Below are positions 22,703 to 33,205 of a DNA stretch of 64,000 nt, piece by piece. The notes beneath the pieces are model-generated. The model was not told the origin of the DNA. It saw only the letters and a program-made list of their open reading frames with translations, and did not search any database. This DNA is from Ostrea edulis (lineage: Eukaryota). The translations under genes and the position numbers were made by a program. Each line of letters begins with the position of its first letter. Positions within the stretch are counted from its first letter, which is position 1. The DNA lies in assembly GCF_947568905.1 (NCBI RefSeq), contig NC_079167.1, forward strand, positions 89,280,001 to 89,344,000, given 5' to 3'.

Positions 22703-23467
22703 TCTAAAATGGAATAATATACTAAGTGTAAATATAAATATAATATGATGTATTTGTTCTCTTCTATGAACAACCTTGGTGCAGCAAATCTACATGGCAT
22801 AAAAATATCTAACTAAGAGGGACAGGTCACTATAAATTCTAATAGAGTGAAATCCCATCAACACATACTGTCTTAATTAAAGCAACTTTAGAACTATTTT
22901 TGGTCAAGGAGGAATTCCATCTATAATACATGTACTACTAGTTCAACTCAGTTTTCTCACCCAGTTCCGGCATGAGTCCAAGAGAACTGTTAATATATAT
23001 TTCAAGCATCTATGCTTATAATAATGATTATTCTAGGATCCATCATCTAGGCACTAAAATGTCCTCAACGCGTGCAAACTACGCTACTAAACTATTCTGC
23101 TCAAGTTCCTGGGGGGCCCTCCCAAAGCGTGAACTCGGCCAATCTAACCTAGTTTCATTTTCCAGTATATTATCGGAGGCCAAAGACTCATGAAGGGGAT
23201 GCACCCATACATTGTACCTCAACTGAAATTTATAAATCTAATCTTCCCTAGAAAACGTTCAACTACTCACAGAATTCATAGGATCATGAGGGATGCACCT
23301 TGGGCTAATGTAATTCTGTATAATCTTTTCATAATGTAGTATGTCTCCATAAATACTACATTTTTAACATACAAGTATTATGGTCAACACTATTTATCTT
23401 CATAATGTTAACTAGGAACCACATCGATTCCTCCTATCTCAATCTAGTAAGTTTAATTTGCTTTAGC

Positions 23468-26400
23468 CTAATTTGATCTTTTCTGAAACCATACAGGAGC
23501 ATTATCACCTCTATATGGAGCTAACTTATTGAAGTGTACTACTTTTGATTTCTTCCCAGGTTTTTCTTGTATTCTATACAGGATATCATTTAGTTTCTCT
23601 GTAACTATGAATGGGCCTTGCCACTTTGGCAGTAATTTTCTACTAAGACCTGGTTTGGTTAGTGGACAGTAGTACCAGACAGGATCTCCTTGTTTGTAAG
23701 TATTGGTAGATATTTTCCTATCATGATATTTTTTCATGGCTCCGGCTGATAAATTTAATTTATCCCTAGCTGTGGAGTGTATTTTCTCCATCTTTTCCTG
23801 TAATCTATAAGCATACTCAGACATGTCAATTTCTATATTTTTAGGTTTCTCTGGTTGTCCCATGACCATGTCCAAGGGTAGTCTAATTTCCCTTCCTAGC
23901 ATCATCAAACTTGGAGATATACCCGTAGCTTCATGGACTGAAGATCTATACGCCATCATCAAAAGAGAAATATGTACATCCCAATCTTTTTGGTTCTTGG
24001 AGACAAAAGATAAAAGCATATTCTTTAATGTCCTATTCATACGTTCAATCATGCCATCGGATTGGGGATTATAAGGGGAGGTTCTAGTTTTGACTACACC
24101 TAGTAATTTACAAACTTCCTGAAATACTAAGGACTCAAAATTGGATCCCTGATCACTGTGGATCTCATTTGGTGTACCTAGCACAGATATAAATCTCTCA
24201 ACTAGAACTTTAGCTACTGTTTTAGCTTCCATATCTCTAATCGGGTAAGCGTCAACCCATTTTGTAAAATAATCACCAATAACTAAAATATGTTTGTTTC
24301 CAGAGCTACTGCGGGGTAATCCAGACATAATGTCTAATGCTACACGTTCCATCGGACTACCTGACAAGTGAACTTTCAAGGGAGCTTTATTTATCTTTCC
24401 TGGCCCCTTGCATTTAGCACAAGTATCACACACTCTAAGTGTTCTATATCCGATTTCATTCTATACCAGAAAAATCTCTGTTTGACTTTCTCATAGGTTT
24501 TCTTTGATCCTAAATGACCAGCTGTTACTGAACAATGTAGCTGATTGAAGACAACAGGTAGTAAAGCTTTTGGAAGGACCAAATGCCATTCTATATCTTG
24601 AGGGTCTTCATTTTCCCACTTCCTATATAGTACACCATCTTTTAAATGAAGAGTCTCCCATAAGTGGTAATAATATTTGACATCTAAACTATGGGGTGAT
24701 ACTATGGACCAATCAGGTTTTTCACCTGCTACTTTCCACTGATATACAATTTTAATGTGGGGATCTGATGACTGAAGCTGAACTAATTCTTCCTGATTAA
24801 ATACATCTGTATTTGCAGAGTTGGCTATTGTTATCAGTACTGGAGGAGGATTAGATTCAGAACTTAATCCTTCTACTACTTCACTAAGTTTAGGGTCATC
24901 TACGACAGAGTTACAAGTATTTGCACTTGCATTTTCTTGTATCAAATCATCTTTGCTCCTACATAAGTTTTGATCACTGTTAGACCTCTTTGGAGTTCCA
25001 CTTTGAAATGAGCCATTATCAGTAATAATTGCTTGGTCTCCTAATTGTAAGGTTTCTTCCCTTATTTCAGTGTCTACTCTAACTTTACAAACTTCACAAT
25101 TTTCCAAGGGGGAATAACTCTTACTTGATAAATGGCCACTACTTTCTACAGCTCTATCTAATTCAATATCAGAAGTTGTCTCAAACCTACTTTCATTTCT
25201 AGAGCAATGACTACAATCGGATTCGAAACATGGGCGTCTCGACAAAGCATCTGCGTTAGAATGCAATCTATCTGCTCTATGTTCTATAGTCATATTATAT
25301 GTGGACAAAATTTCTATCCACCTAGCTGTCTGACCTTCAGAGTTCTTGAATTTCATGAGCCAAGTAAGTGCTCCATGGTCTGTTCTAATTCTAAATTTCT
25401 GACCATATAGATATGAATGAAAATGCTTCACTGATACAATGATGGCAAGAAGTTCTCTTCTGGTTACGCAATAGTTTCGTTCTGTTTTTGAAAAGGATTT
25501 AGAGAAGTAACTTATCACTCTTTCTTCTCCCTCTTGTATTTGGGAAAGTACAGCCCCTAATACATAATTGGAAGCATCTGTATCTAGAATAAATTCACCT
25601 GCCGTTGTGGGACAAGCTAAGACTGGGGATGTTGTAAGAAAATGCTTCAATCTTTCAAAAGCATCTTCCTGCTCTTTATTCCAACTAAATTTTGCACCTT
25701 TTTCTGTAAGCTTATGTAAGCATTTGGCTATGTTACTAAACCCTTTTACAAATCTCCTATAATAGGAGCAGAGTCCAAGAAAACTTCTTAGCTCTTTTAC
25801 ATTTCTTGGCACTGGCCAATCTTTTATACTTGAAATCTTGGCTGGGTCAGTGGCTATCCCTTCTGAACTAATGACATGACCTAAAAATGTCACTTGTCTT
25901 TGAAAAAGAACACATTTCTTTGGAGAAAGTTTTAGCTTTGACTCCCTAAGTCTTTGGAATACTTGTTTCAAATTTTCTAATTGCTTGTCAAATGACCTTG
26001 AAAATACTATAATATCGTCTAGATAAACCATGCATATTTTCCAAGATAGACCTCCTAGTACTTTCTCCATTAGACGTTCAAACGTAGCGGGAGCGTTGGT
26101 GAGACCAAACGGCATAACTTTGAATTGCCACATGCCACCACCTAAGATGGAAAAAGCGGTTTTATACCTAGCCTTTTCTTCTATAGGCACTTGCCAATAA
26201 CCTGATTTCAGATCGAGGGTACTAAACCATTGTGATCCATTAAGGGCATCTAATGTCTCATCAATTCTAGGTAAAGCATGACTATCTTTTATGGTAACTT
26301 CATTTAAACCTCTGTAATCTAAACAAAACCGTGGATCTTTTCCAGGTCTAGTTACTAAGACAACATTTGAATTCCAAGGACTACAAGCCGGTTCTATGAT

Positions 26401-26784
26401 GTCTTGGTCTACCATTTTCTTTATTTCTGCCTCGGCTATTTCTCTTTTTGCAAAGGGCAATCTACGAGGATGCTGCTTCACCGGAGCAGCTGTTCCAGTG
26501 TTTATCTCATGAGTGGCCAAATTGGTACACCCAATGTCATTGGATCCCTTAGAAAATATATCTAAATAATCAAGTATCAGATTTTTCACTTGTTCTACCT
26601 GTGATTCATTTAAGTGAGTGCTACATTTTGCAACTACAGGGCCCATATAATCTGGTAATGCGCATTTCTGAAGTGAATTCTTCATTTTCTCATCATTTTC
26701 TACAAATTCTATGCAGGAAGGATCTACCAAATCTAAATTAGCATCTATATCCAACACAGGGCAAAAATAACCCGAAGTTAGCAC
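23468..26784 (-). pseudogene. Gypsy pol: RT, RNase H, integrase, with one frameshift near 24440
   Basis: RT motifs LDLKSGYWQ, MPFGLTNAPATF, YLDD; RNase H DTDAS..ELLAI..TDH..ADALSR; integrase H..GH/C..C, ALDI, HSDQG, ERMNRTL, WQGPF. Confidence 0.95.
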
Positions 26785-26794
26785 GAGGACAGAG

Positions 26795-27230
26795 CTGTAT
26801 CAAAGCATCCTTTTGGACATTTGATCCGCCTATATATTGAACGCGGGAAATATAACGCAATCGATGTAAACAATACATTGTGACGTCATATTCAGCGTCG
26901 TTATTTCGCAAATTTACAAACATAGCGTTTGAACCACAACAAAAAACATAGCAATAATCGTGGAGTGATTATATATGATTAAGAAAATAAGGTTTACATG
27001 CTTTTACGGATTTTATGTAACATCTCAGAACGACGTGAACTAGGGTAGACGAGATTCAAAATGGAGGAATACATGTCCACGCGCTAATATTCGAATCGAC
27101 GCCATTGGTACCAAACTTTTCAAGTTCCATAGGTATGGTTTAATTTTTCATTATTTTCCTATATTTTCCTTTTAAACATGTATATACGTGTTACCTATAA
27201 ACCCTTCGGGCCGTGAGAGGGCTTCGCCCT
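26795..27230. mobile_element. Unclassified ~440-bp segment replacing Gypsy gag/protease/5' LTR
   Basis: No similarity to the 3' LTR; ends in GC hairpins cccttcggg and gagggcttcgccctc. Confidence 0.5.
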
Positions 27231-28258
27231 CTAAAAGTATATCTCACGGGCGCAACACTTGCAAAATCTCTGCTGATCTTTTAGGTGGGACTTTCTTTTT
27301 CACTGAATGGCAAAGATAATTAAATTTAAGATTTTTAGTACTTGATATGATACAAGAGGCATTTTCACCTATTTAGTATTTCACATGAGTATGGGAGAAT
27401 TATATGAAAGGTGAAGATAACGAACAGAGATCAATCTCATAACTCCCACAAGTAATACAAAATAGAGAGGTGTGCAAACACAGACCCATGGGATCAGGTG
27501 CCTAAGAGCATCCCCTGTCCACCAGTCATACCCGTCGTGAGCCATATGATGTTTTTATATGAAATATGGCATACAATGTAAAATACATGTAAATTTACCT
27601 GGTACAGGCTCTATTTCATCAGATGACGAATCATCAGCAGGTGACCTTTTTCTTGAATTTCCTGAATCCAGGACTGCTTTGGGTTTCATATCCGGGATTT
27701 TTTCAAAAACATCAAAATCATCCTCATCTTCATCAGAAGCTGGTGACTCGCCAGAAGTGTTATTTTTTTTCTTTTGTCGATCATATTTTGATTTCAGACC
27801 CTTTATTTTGAGTCTGCACTGTTCTGCTGAGAAATGGTATCCTTCTTTGTTCACATCACTGGCCACCCTTTGCCATTTATTTTTGACCAATTTTGAAGAG
27901 CTCTCTATTTCATGAAAGACCCTCTTCAGCAGTTTTATGCTCTGCACATCCCACGTTGCATCTAAAATGTGAAAGACCTGTGTGTTTCAGGATGCACTTA
28001 AAAAAACATTTGATAAGTCAATAGTCATAATCTCGTACCTGTATTAATACATGTATCATTTATAATAAATCAACCAAAGGTGTATAGAGTCCACCTGATA
28101 CCATACATTGAACATTATTAGCATGAATGTCATGTTTTATGATTATAGTACTGAACTGAAAACAGCATGTTGAATTTTCTCAGCATAATGTAGACCCTTG
28201 AATTAAACAAAAGATGATTAACAATCAAGAGTCCTGATGCGCAGAAATAAGAGACAAC

Positions 28259-28340
28259 TATGGAGCGCCAAATTAACATAAACTGAAATAATTGAAAATA
28301 TCTTCAATTATTTGAGTTTATATTAATTTGGCGCTCCATA
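28259..28340. mobile_element. 82-bp hairpin mini-MITE in a Myb-gene intron
   Basis: tatggagcgccaaattaa...ttaatttggcgctccata, flanked by gacaac on both sides. Confidence 0.65.
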
Positions 28341-28505
28341 GACAACAGCCATACAAAATAACATGATCTTCATTACAAAGTATATATTTAGGACATGAAT
28401 TAAATTACATTAATGAAGGTGTGACATTAACCTTCATCAAATGGTCATTGAGCTCAGGGTTATATGACAGATCAGCATGTTATACATAACTGTACTATAT
28501 AATAT

Positions 28506-28561
<56 letters not shown>

Positions 28562-29645
28562 TAAAATTGCAGAAAATATCCATGGTATAGGTAATAAGTA
28601 GAAAAAATATATCCAACGATGACTAAGTACACATGATCCACATTTAATTAAATATATATATATATTGGTATATGAAACATGATTTCACATACTTGTATCT
28701 TCCTCCTGTACTGCTGAAGGACCTGGCAATGGTGGTGCTGAAGGACCAGGCAATGGTGGTGCTGAAGGACCAGGCAATGGTGGTGACTGTCTTGCAGATG
28801 ACAGTGTGGGTGGAGATAGGAGTTCATTTACGATAATTTCTTTTACCTTTGAATCTGTCAAAGTTAAGACTATATACAGAACCAAAAACAATAATAAAAG
28901 AAAAATTAAACTGAAAATTTAAGATTATTCAACACATGGGTGACTTCATTTAATATTTTATTTATTCCTTAACAGCAAATTTAAATGAACAGTTAAGTGT
29001 ATGCATTATAAGACATCTCTTAAAATTAAAATGTTATTAGATGTTACATTGTGATAAATACATATTTCTATATAATATATCTAATTATACATGTACATGT
29101 TGCATCTTTTATACTCAAATTAGTCATAGTGTTAAAATAAATATGAACAAAAGATTCTGAAGTTGGATACCACTAACCATTTCAAACTTAGATGCATTCT
29201 TGGTATATGTATAATATAAAGACATCAAAGAAACATACAATCCATACTGCATGTACCTATTTCCTTGGACATCAGCATATTTGCAACTTCTCGAGTTGAA
29301 ATTTTAGTAGCAACACCATTTCTTGTGACAGTAACAGATATAACCTTTGATGTAGACATCTAAAATAATTTAAATTTTGTATTATGTATTATGTATGTGT
29401 TTTTGACAACAGGTATGGCTATTAAACAAATTAAATTAGATTAGTGAACTACCAGCTGGTATTAAAAATATTTGACTATCTTTAAATTGTGGTATATGTA
29501 ATAATCATCTATGTTTAGAACAAACTACATAATTATATGTATTCAAATTCAATTTTGCCTCAAAAGAATTGTTAACTCTACTGAAGTAAATATCAAATTA
29601 ATGTGAATATTAAATTAATATTCACTGGTCAGTACTTTAAAATAC

Positions 29646-30438
29646 CTTAGTTTTTTGCACATGCACACTTTTCACACAATGTTCCAGCGAGTTCCCTGGT
29701 TAGGAAGAGTTCAAGTTCGTATTCGGCACAACTGGCATGAAAGCAAAAACTACACTCTGGACAACGCAGGTAGATTCTGAAACACAAATATCACAACAAC
29801 ACAATAGGAGCTTTTCAATAAACATTTGCAATTTATCATTGTGGAATTCATAGGCGGCTCAAGGAATTTGTGAAGGGGGGGGGGGGGGGGTAGCACATGA
29901 TCTTTTAAGTACATTTCACAATCTCCACTCCTATCTCATTTACATCCTTTGCTTGTGTACATAACATCATAGGGGGAGATCTTGAGATAGTTTTCCACAT
30001 GAAAATATTTAGTTTATTTACTACTTATTTCAATACTCAGATCTGAAGTTAAATGATACACTGGTGCTGATAAATTTGAATGATGCAATTAGATGCAAGT
30101 ATCCACCTTTCATATAATTTTGACTAAAAAAAAAACCTCGTTAAAATTGAATAACTCTTGCACATTTGGTCCGCAAAGGGGGGGGGGGGGTAGTTTCCGT
30201 CCTTGGAATTGGACCATACCACTCATAGGGAAATTGAACCTTATATCTAATTTACATAATCATTGCATCCTATTTTTTTTTCAAAATTTTATTTTATTTT
30301 CACCTGTAATCTCCGTCTATATAGATTTCGTTTTTTTTTGGAATTTTCTTGTGCTTCTAATGATGCTAGAGAATGGAGTGGAGCTCTTTGGTGACAAATA
30401 CAACAAGTCCAGCGATCTAGTCGTCTTTCAACATCCAT
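29646..30438 (-). pseudogene. Two-exon PHD-finger (C4HC3) coding region inside the Harbinger
   Basis: Exon 30438-30304 (MDVERRLDRWTCCICHQ...) and exon 29776-29646 (IYLRCPECSFCFHASC...LCEKC). They join in frame if one A of the A9 run at 30331-30339 is removed. Confidence 0.72.
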
Positions 30439-32009
30439 CTATCAAAATGTAAAAACAAAAGTTATGCATATTTTTAGAGCACATATGCAAAACACATAAA
30501 CATGTAATAAATTGCTGCTATTCTCCATATCTTCTTTATAATTACATGTATGGTAGTAGATCTAGTCAGTTTTCTAATTATTTGTTCACCAAAATCACAT
30601 ACTTAGTTGTAACATCAACAAAAATATAGTGTTGGTCGTTTAAAAGTAAACAAAACTACCAGAAAAAGTTACCCATTATCTCACAACCGAATATTAATTG
30701 AAAATTAAACTGTAGTGAAATTTCGTTGATCAAGTTAATCATATGCAAATTAGATAATCAAGGTTGAATTATTCTTTTTTAATCATATGTTATCTCCTGT
30801 GTTCGGACAATGTTCCAAACGTTAAGATGATCTAGATCTGACTCAGCAGATTTAGGGAAACTATATAAAGCGGTCTTATTCAAGATCGGTTGTTCATTCT
30901 GGAAGAAGTCGTCGTATAGTGAAGACGTGCTTGGAGGTAAGGTATTTATGACTACTCATTTGCGGTGTCTCAAATTACTGAAGACGGACCATTTGGGTAT
31001 CATAAATTCTTGCTGAATAAAAAGGAGCAAAGTGTATTAAAAGGGTGTTTGAAACCCAGTGTTCAGAAATAGGTCTGGGAGCTAAGGCTCAAATGTAAGT
31101 TTCAGACCTAGGCTCAGAGCACAGAGGGATAACAGAGAAAAACCAGATAAATATAGAAGATCAGTTTAAATCATTGTGTTGTTGATTATTATTGATTCTG
31201 TTCTATTATTTTATTTAAATCCAATCAGTAGAATACGCCAAGTAGCGTAAGGAAAATTATATATATATCTACTTCATTCGTGGTCGAACCTACAAAACGC
31301 ATTACAAAACTATTTCAGTTAATAAAAATGGATATTTTACGAGCAAGAAAACTTTTACCTCCGTTTTCGGCCATTTTGTTTTCCATGTGCCCGCTCGTAT
31401 TTTTTCGGGCAATCCGGGCTACTTTCTGATCGCCCGGCGGCTCAAAAATATTTGAAACAAGTGACTTACCCGCTTCCGGAAGTACCAACCGGCTTGACCC
31501 GGCTTATGAAACAAGTGCGCCCATGGACAATCAACGCGAAAATGTTGTTACTCGAGCCACTTCGACAAAGAAAGGAAAATCATCTTGTTGCAGAAAGAAT
31601 TTACACTCTGCTGTTCGGTTTTTAATTTGATATTAAATTCAAACCTTTTCAATACCGACGAAATAGCTTTCGCCTCCATACTTGTCCATTGATGTAAATA
31701 CTACCTTATATGGCATATGCAAATGACTTGACAATCGGAAGTTGAAACTTCAGTACATCAAACATGGCGCACAAATATGAATGGAGAAATTGGAATTTAT
31801 CGAAATTGTTGAAAACGGTAGAATAGAACCTCACAAATCTTAAGTTGCAGGTTGTAAATTTATATATTGACTAAGAAACATATATAGAATATCATTTTAT
31901 TTACGTAAAGAAAGTCAGGAAATGTTTAGAATGAGCGCAAATGTTGCGGGAGTGAATCACTCTCGCATTTGCACCATTACGGAGATCCTAAGGAGTTGTA
32001 GCCCTCTCC

Positions 32010-32048
<39 letters not shown>

Positions 32049-32400
32049 GAGAGGGCTACATTATTGCAGCTACTATTGATGCTGTATTACTTACCGTTTA
32101 AGTATGTAAATTCCATAAAATAAACCATCACTAATTATTCCGTTCAAATGAAGACTTCTATGGCGCAATATTTTATCTTCCAAAACTGAAGAGTTCCTAT
32201 AGTTTTTTTTTTTTTTAAATTAGCGAAATGCAATGAGGTATGTAGAGATGCAAAGTATCAGTAACTAGATAAAACAAACTATAGGAATTCTTCAATTTTG
32301 GGAGATAAAATATTGTGCCATAGAAGTCTTCATTTGAACGGATAAATTGGTGATGGTTTATTTTATGAAATTTACATACTTAGACGGTAAGTAATGCAGC

Positions 32401-32752
32401 TGTAACAGGAAGGGAGAAAATGCAACGGACCAGATCGAGATTCGAACCCGGGCCCCCTGAATCTCTAGTCAGGTGCTTTACCAAATGAGCTATCTGGCCA
32501 CCGGCGATCGAACTCGGCTAACCGCTACACCCCCCCTCCTTAAATGTCTTCACACTTGAAGACATCAACCTAGGATCTTAATCCCCTGGCAGGCATTTTC
32601 ACCTGTCAGTTGCAGGGATTGGTCACGGCACCAAATGTAACAGGAAGTGAGAAAATGCAACGGACCAGACCGGGATTCGAACCCGGGCCCTCTGAATTCT
32701 CTACCAACTGAGCTAACTGGCCACCGGAGATCGAATCCGGCTGACCGCTACA
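32401..32752 (-). mobile_element. Miniature LTR retrotransposon (TRIM) with tRNA-like LTRs (Helenus/TRIMp3 type)
   Basis: LTRs 32401-32529 and 32636-32752 (TG..CA), PBS TGGTGCCGTGAC (32633-32622), PPT 32541-32530, tRNA-like cloverleaf 32499-32427. No TSD. Confidence 0.9.
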
Positions 32753-33205
32753 GATTTGGTTTGATAGTCAACTAACTGATTTGAAGCGAACAGCAGTGTC
32801 ATCTAAGTGCACATTAATTGCTAGAACTGGCCGAAGCTGAAAGTGAATTTCCAGACATGAATTATGAAGGACTGCCCCGAGGTTCGGCGAAGGCGTCAAT
32901 CCAAATATTCAGGCGAGTCGAATCTCAACCGAGAATAGGCCGAAGTGTCTTGGGGTCGAAACGTCTTACAACCGGCTGGGTCTATACTATGCATAGGTGT
33001 GAAGTGCGGCATTTCACGTAGAAATCTATCTAATGACGTCTCAATATTAGCGAAAATTTCTCAAAGAGACGTAAAACAAACATACAAATAGGGCTAATAT
33101 TTCTTCATTTTTCATTTTCGGGAAAAGATCTTCCATACAGAGAGTTTCTTTGTTACAATTAATGGTAACATTTTGTGGTTTCCAAAAGAGAAGAGTTTTC
33201 CCAAC

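Larger units (their letters stand above)
20389..27257 (-). mobile_element. Ty3/Gypsy LTR retrotransposon that has lost gag, protease and most of the 5' LTR
   Basis: TG..CA termini, 4-bp TSD CTTG (20385-20388 and 27258-27261), 3' LTR 20389-21878, PPT aggtgggggcag at ~21879-21890. Only 27 bp of the 5' LTR remain (27231-27257). Confidence 0.92.
20269..29359 (-). pseudogene. Harbinger Myb/SANT-like (trihelix) DNA-binding protein gene, last exon split by Gypsy
   Basis: GT-AG exons 29359-29257, 28854-28693, 27961-27599 and 27302-27258 plus 20384-20269, with compatible phases. WDVQSIKLL..KWQRVASDV..SAEQCRLKIKGLKSKY; C-terminal SAEILQVMLKDLMERREEKAEQRHQEKL needs -1 in the A5 run near 27280. Confidence 0.88.
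17752..31522. mobile_element. PIF/Harbinger DNA transposon (two convergent genes)
   Basis: 16-bp TIR GGGCGCACTTGTTTCA; 3-bp TSD ATG at 17749-17751 and 31523-31525; DDE transposase on + and Myb/SANT gene on -. Confidence 0.92.
17450..32072. mobile_element. Non-autonomous TIR element with 9-bp TSD (AcademH-like termini); ~0.85 kb of own sequence
   Basis: TIR TAGCTGCAATAATGTAGCCCT, extending imperfectly for ~100 bp (agggctacaa.tcc.taggatctccgtaatggtgcaaa). TSD CTATTGATG at 17441-17449 and 32073-32081. Confidence 0.8.
16750..32970. mobile_element. Outer foldback (long-TIR MITE) that hosts the nested stack
   Basis: 16760-16868 is the reverse complement of ~32830-32940, 17370-17440 of ~32750-32810, and 32082-32205 of 32275-32400. 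Removing the inserts leaves a palindrome of about 0.75 kb. Confidence 0.75.

Noticed and set aside
27559-27915. Antisense ORFs over the Myb exon, ARL4, pol and the TRIM gene
   Set aside because: They are shadow frames of real coding sequence with no independent motifs.
31353-31376. MAENG mini-exon (ATG...GGAG|gtaaa, minus strand) as the coding start of the PHD protein
   Set aside because: Splicing it to 30438 gives a stop after three further codons; at most it is a 5' UTR exon.
32427-32499. tRNA-like sequences at 6.55, 7.6, 32.4, 32.7, 45.75 and 46.0 kb as true tRNA genes
   Set aside because: All lie inside the LTRs of one mobile family, have an 8-nt anticodon loop, and several have indels.
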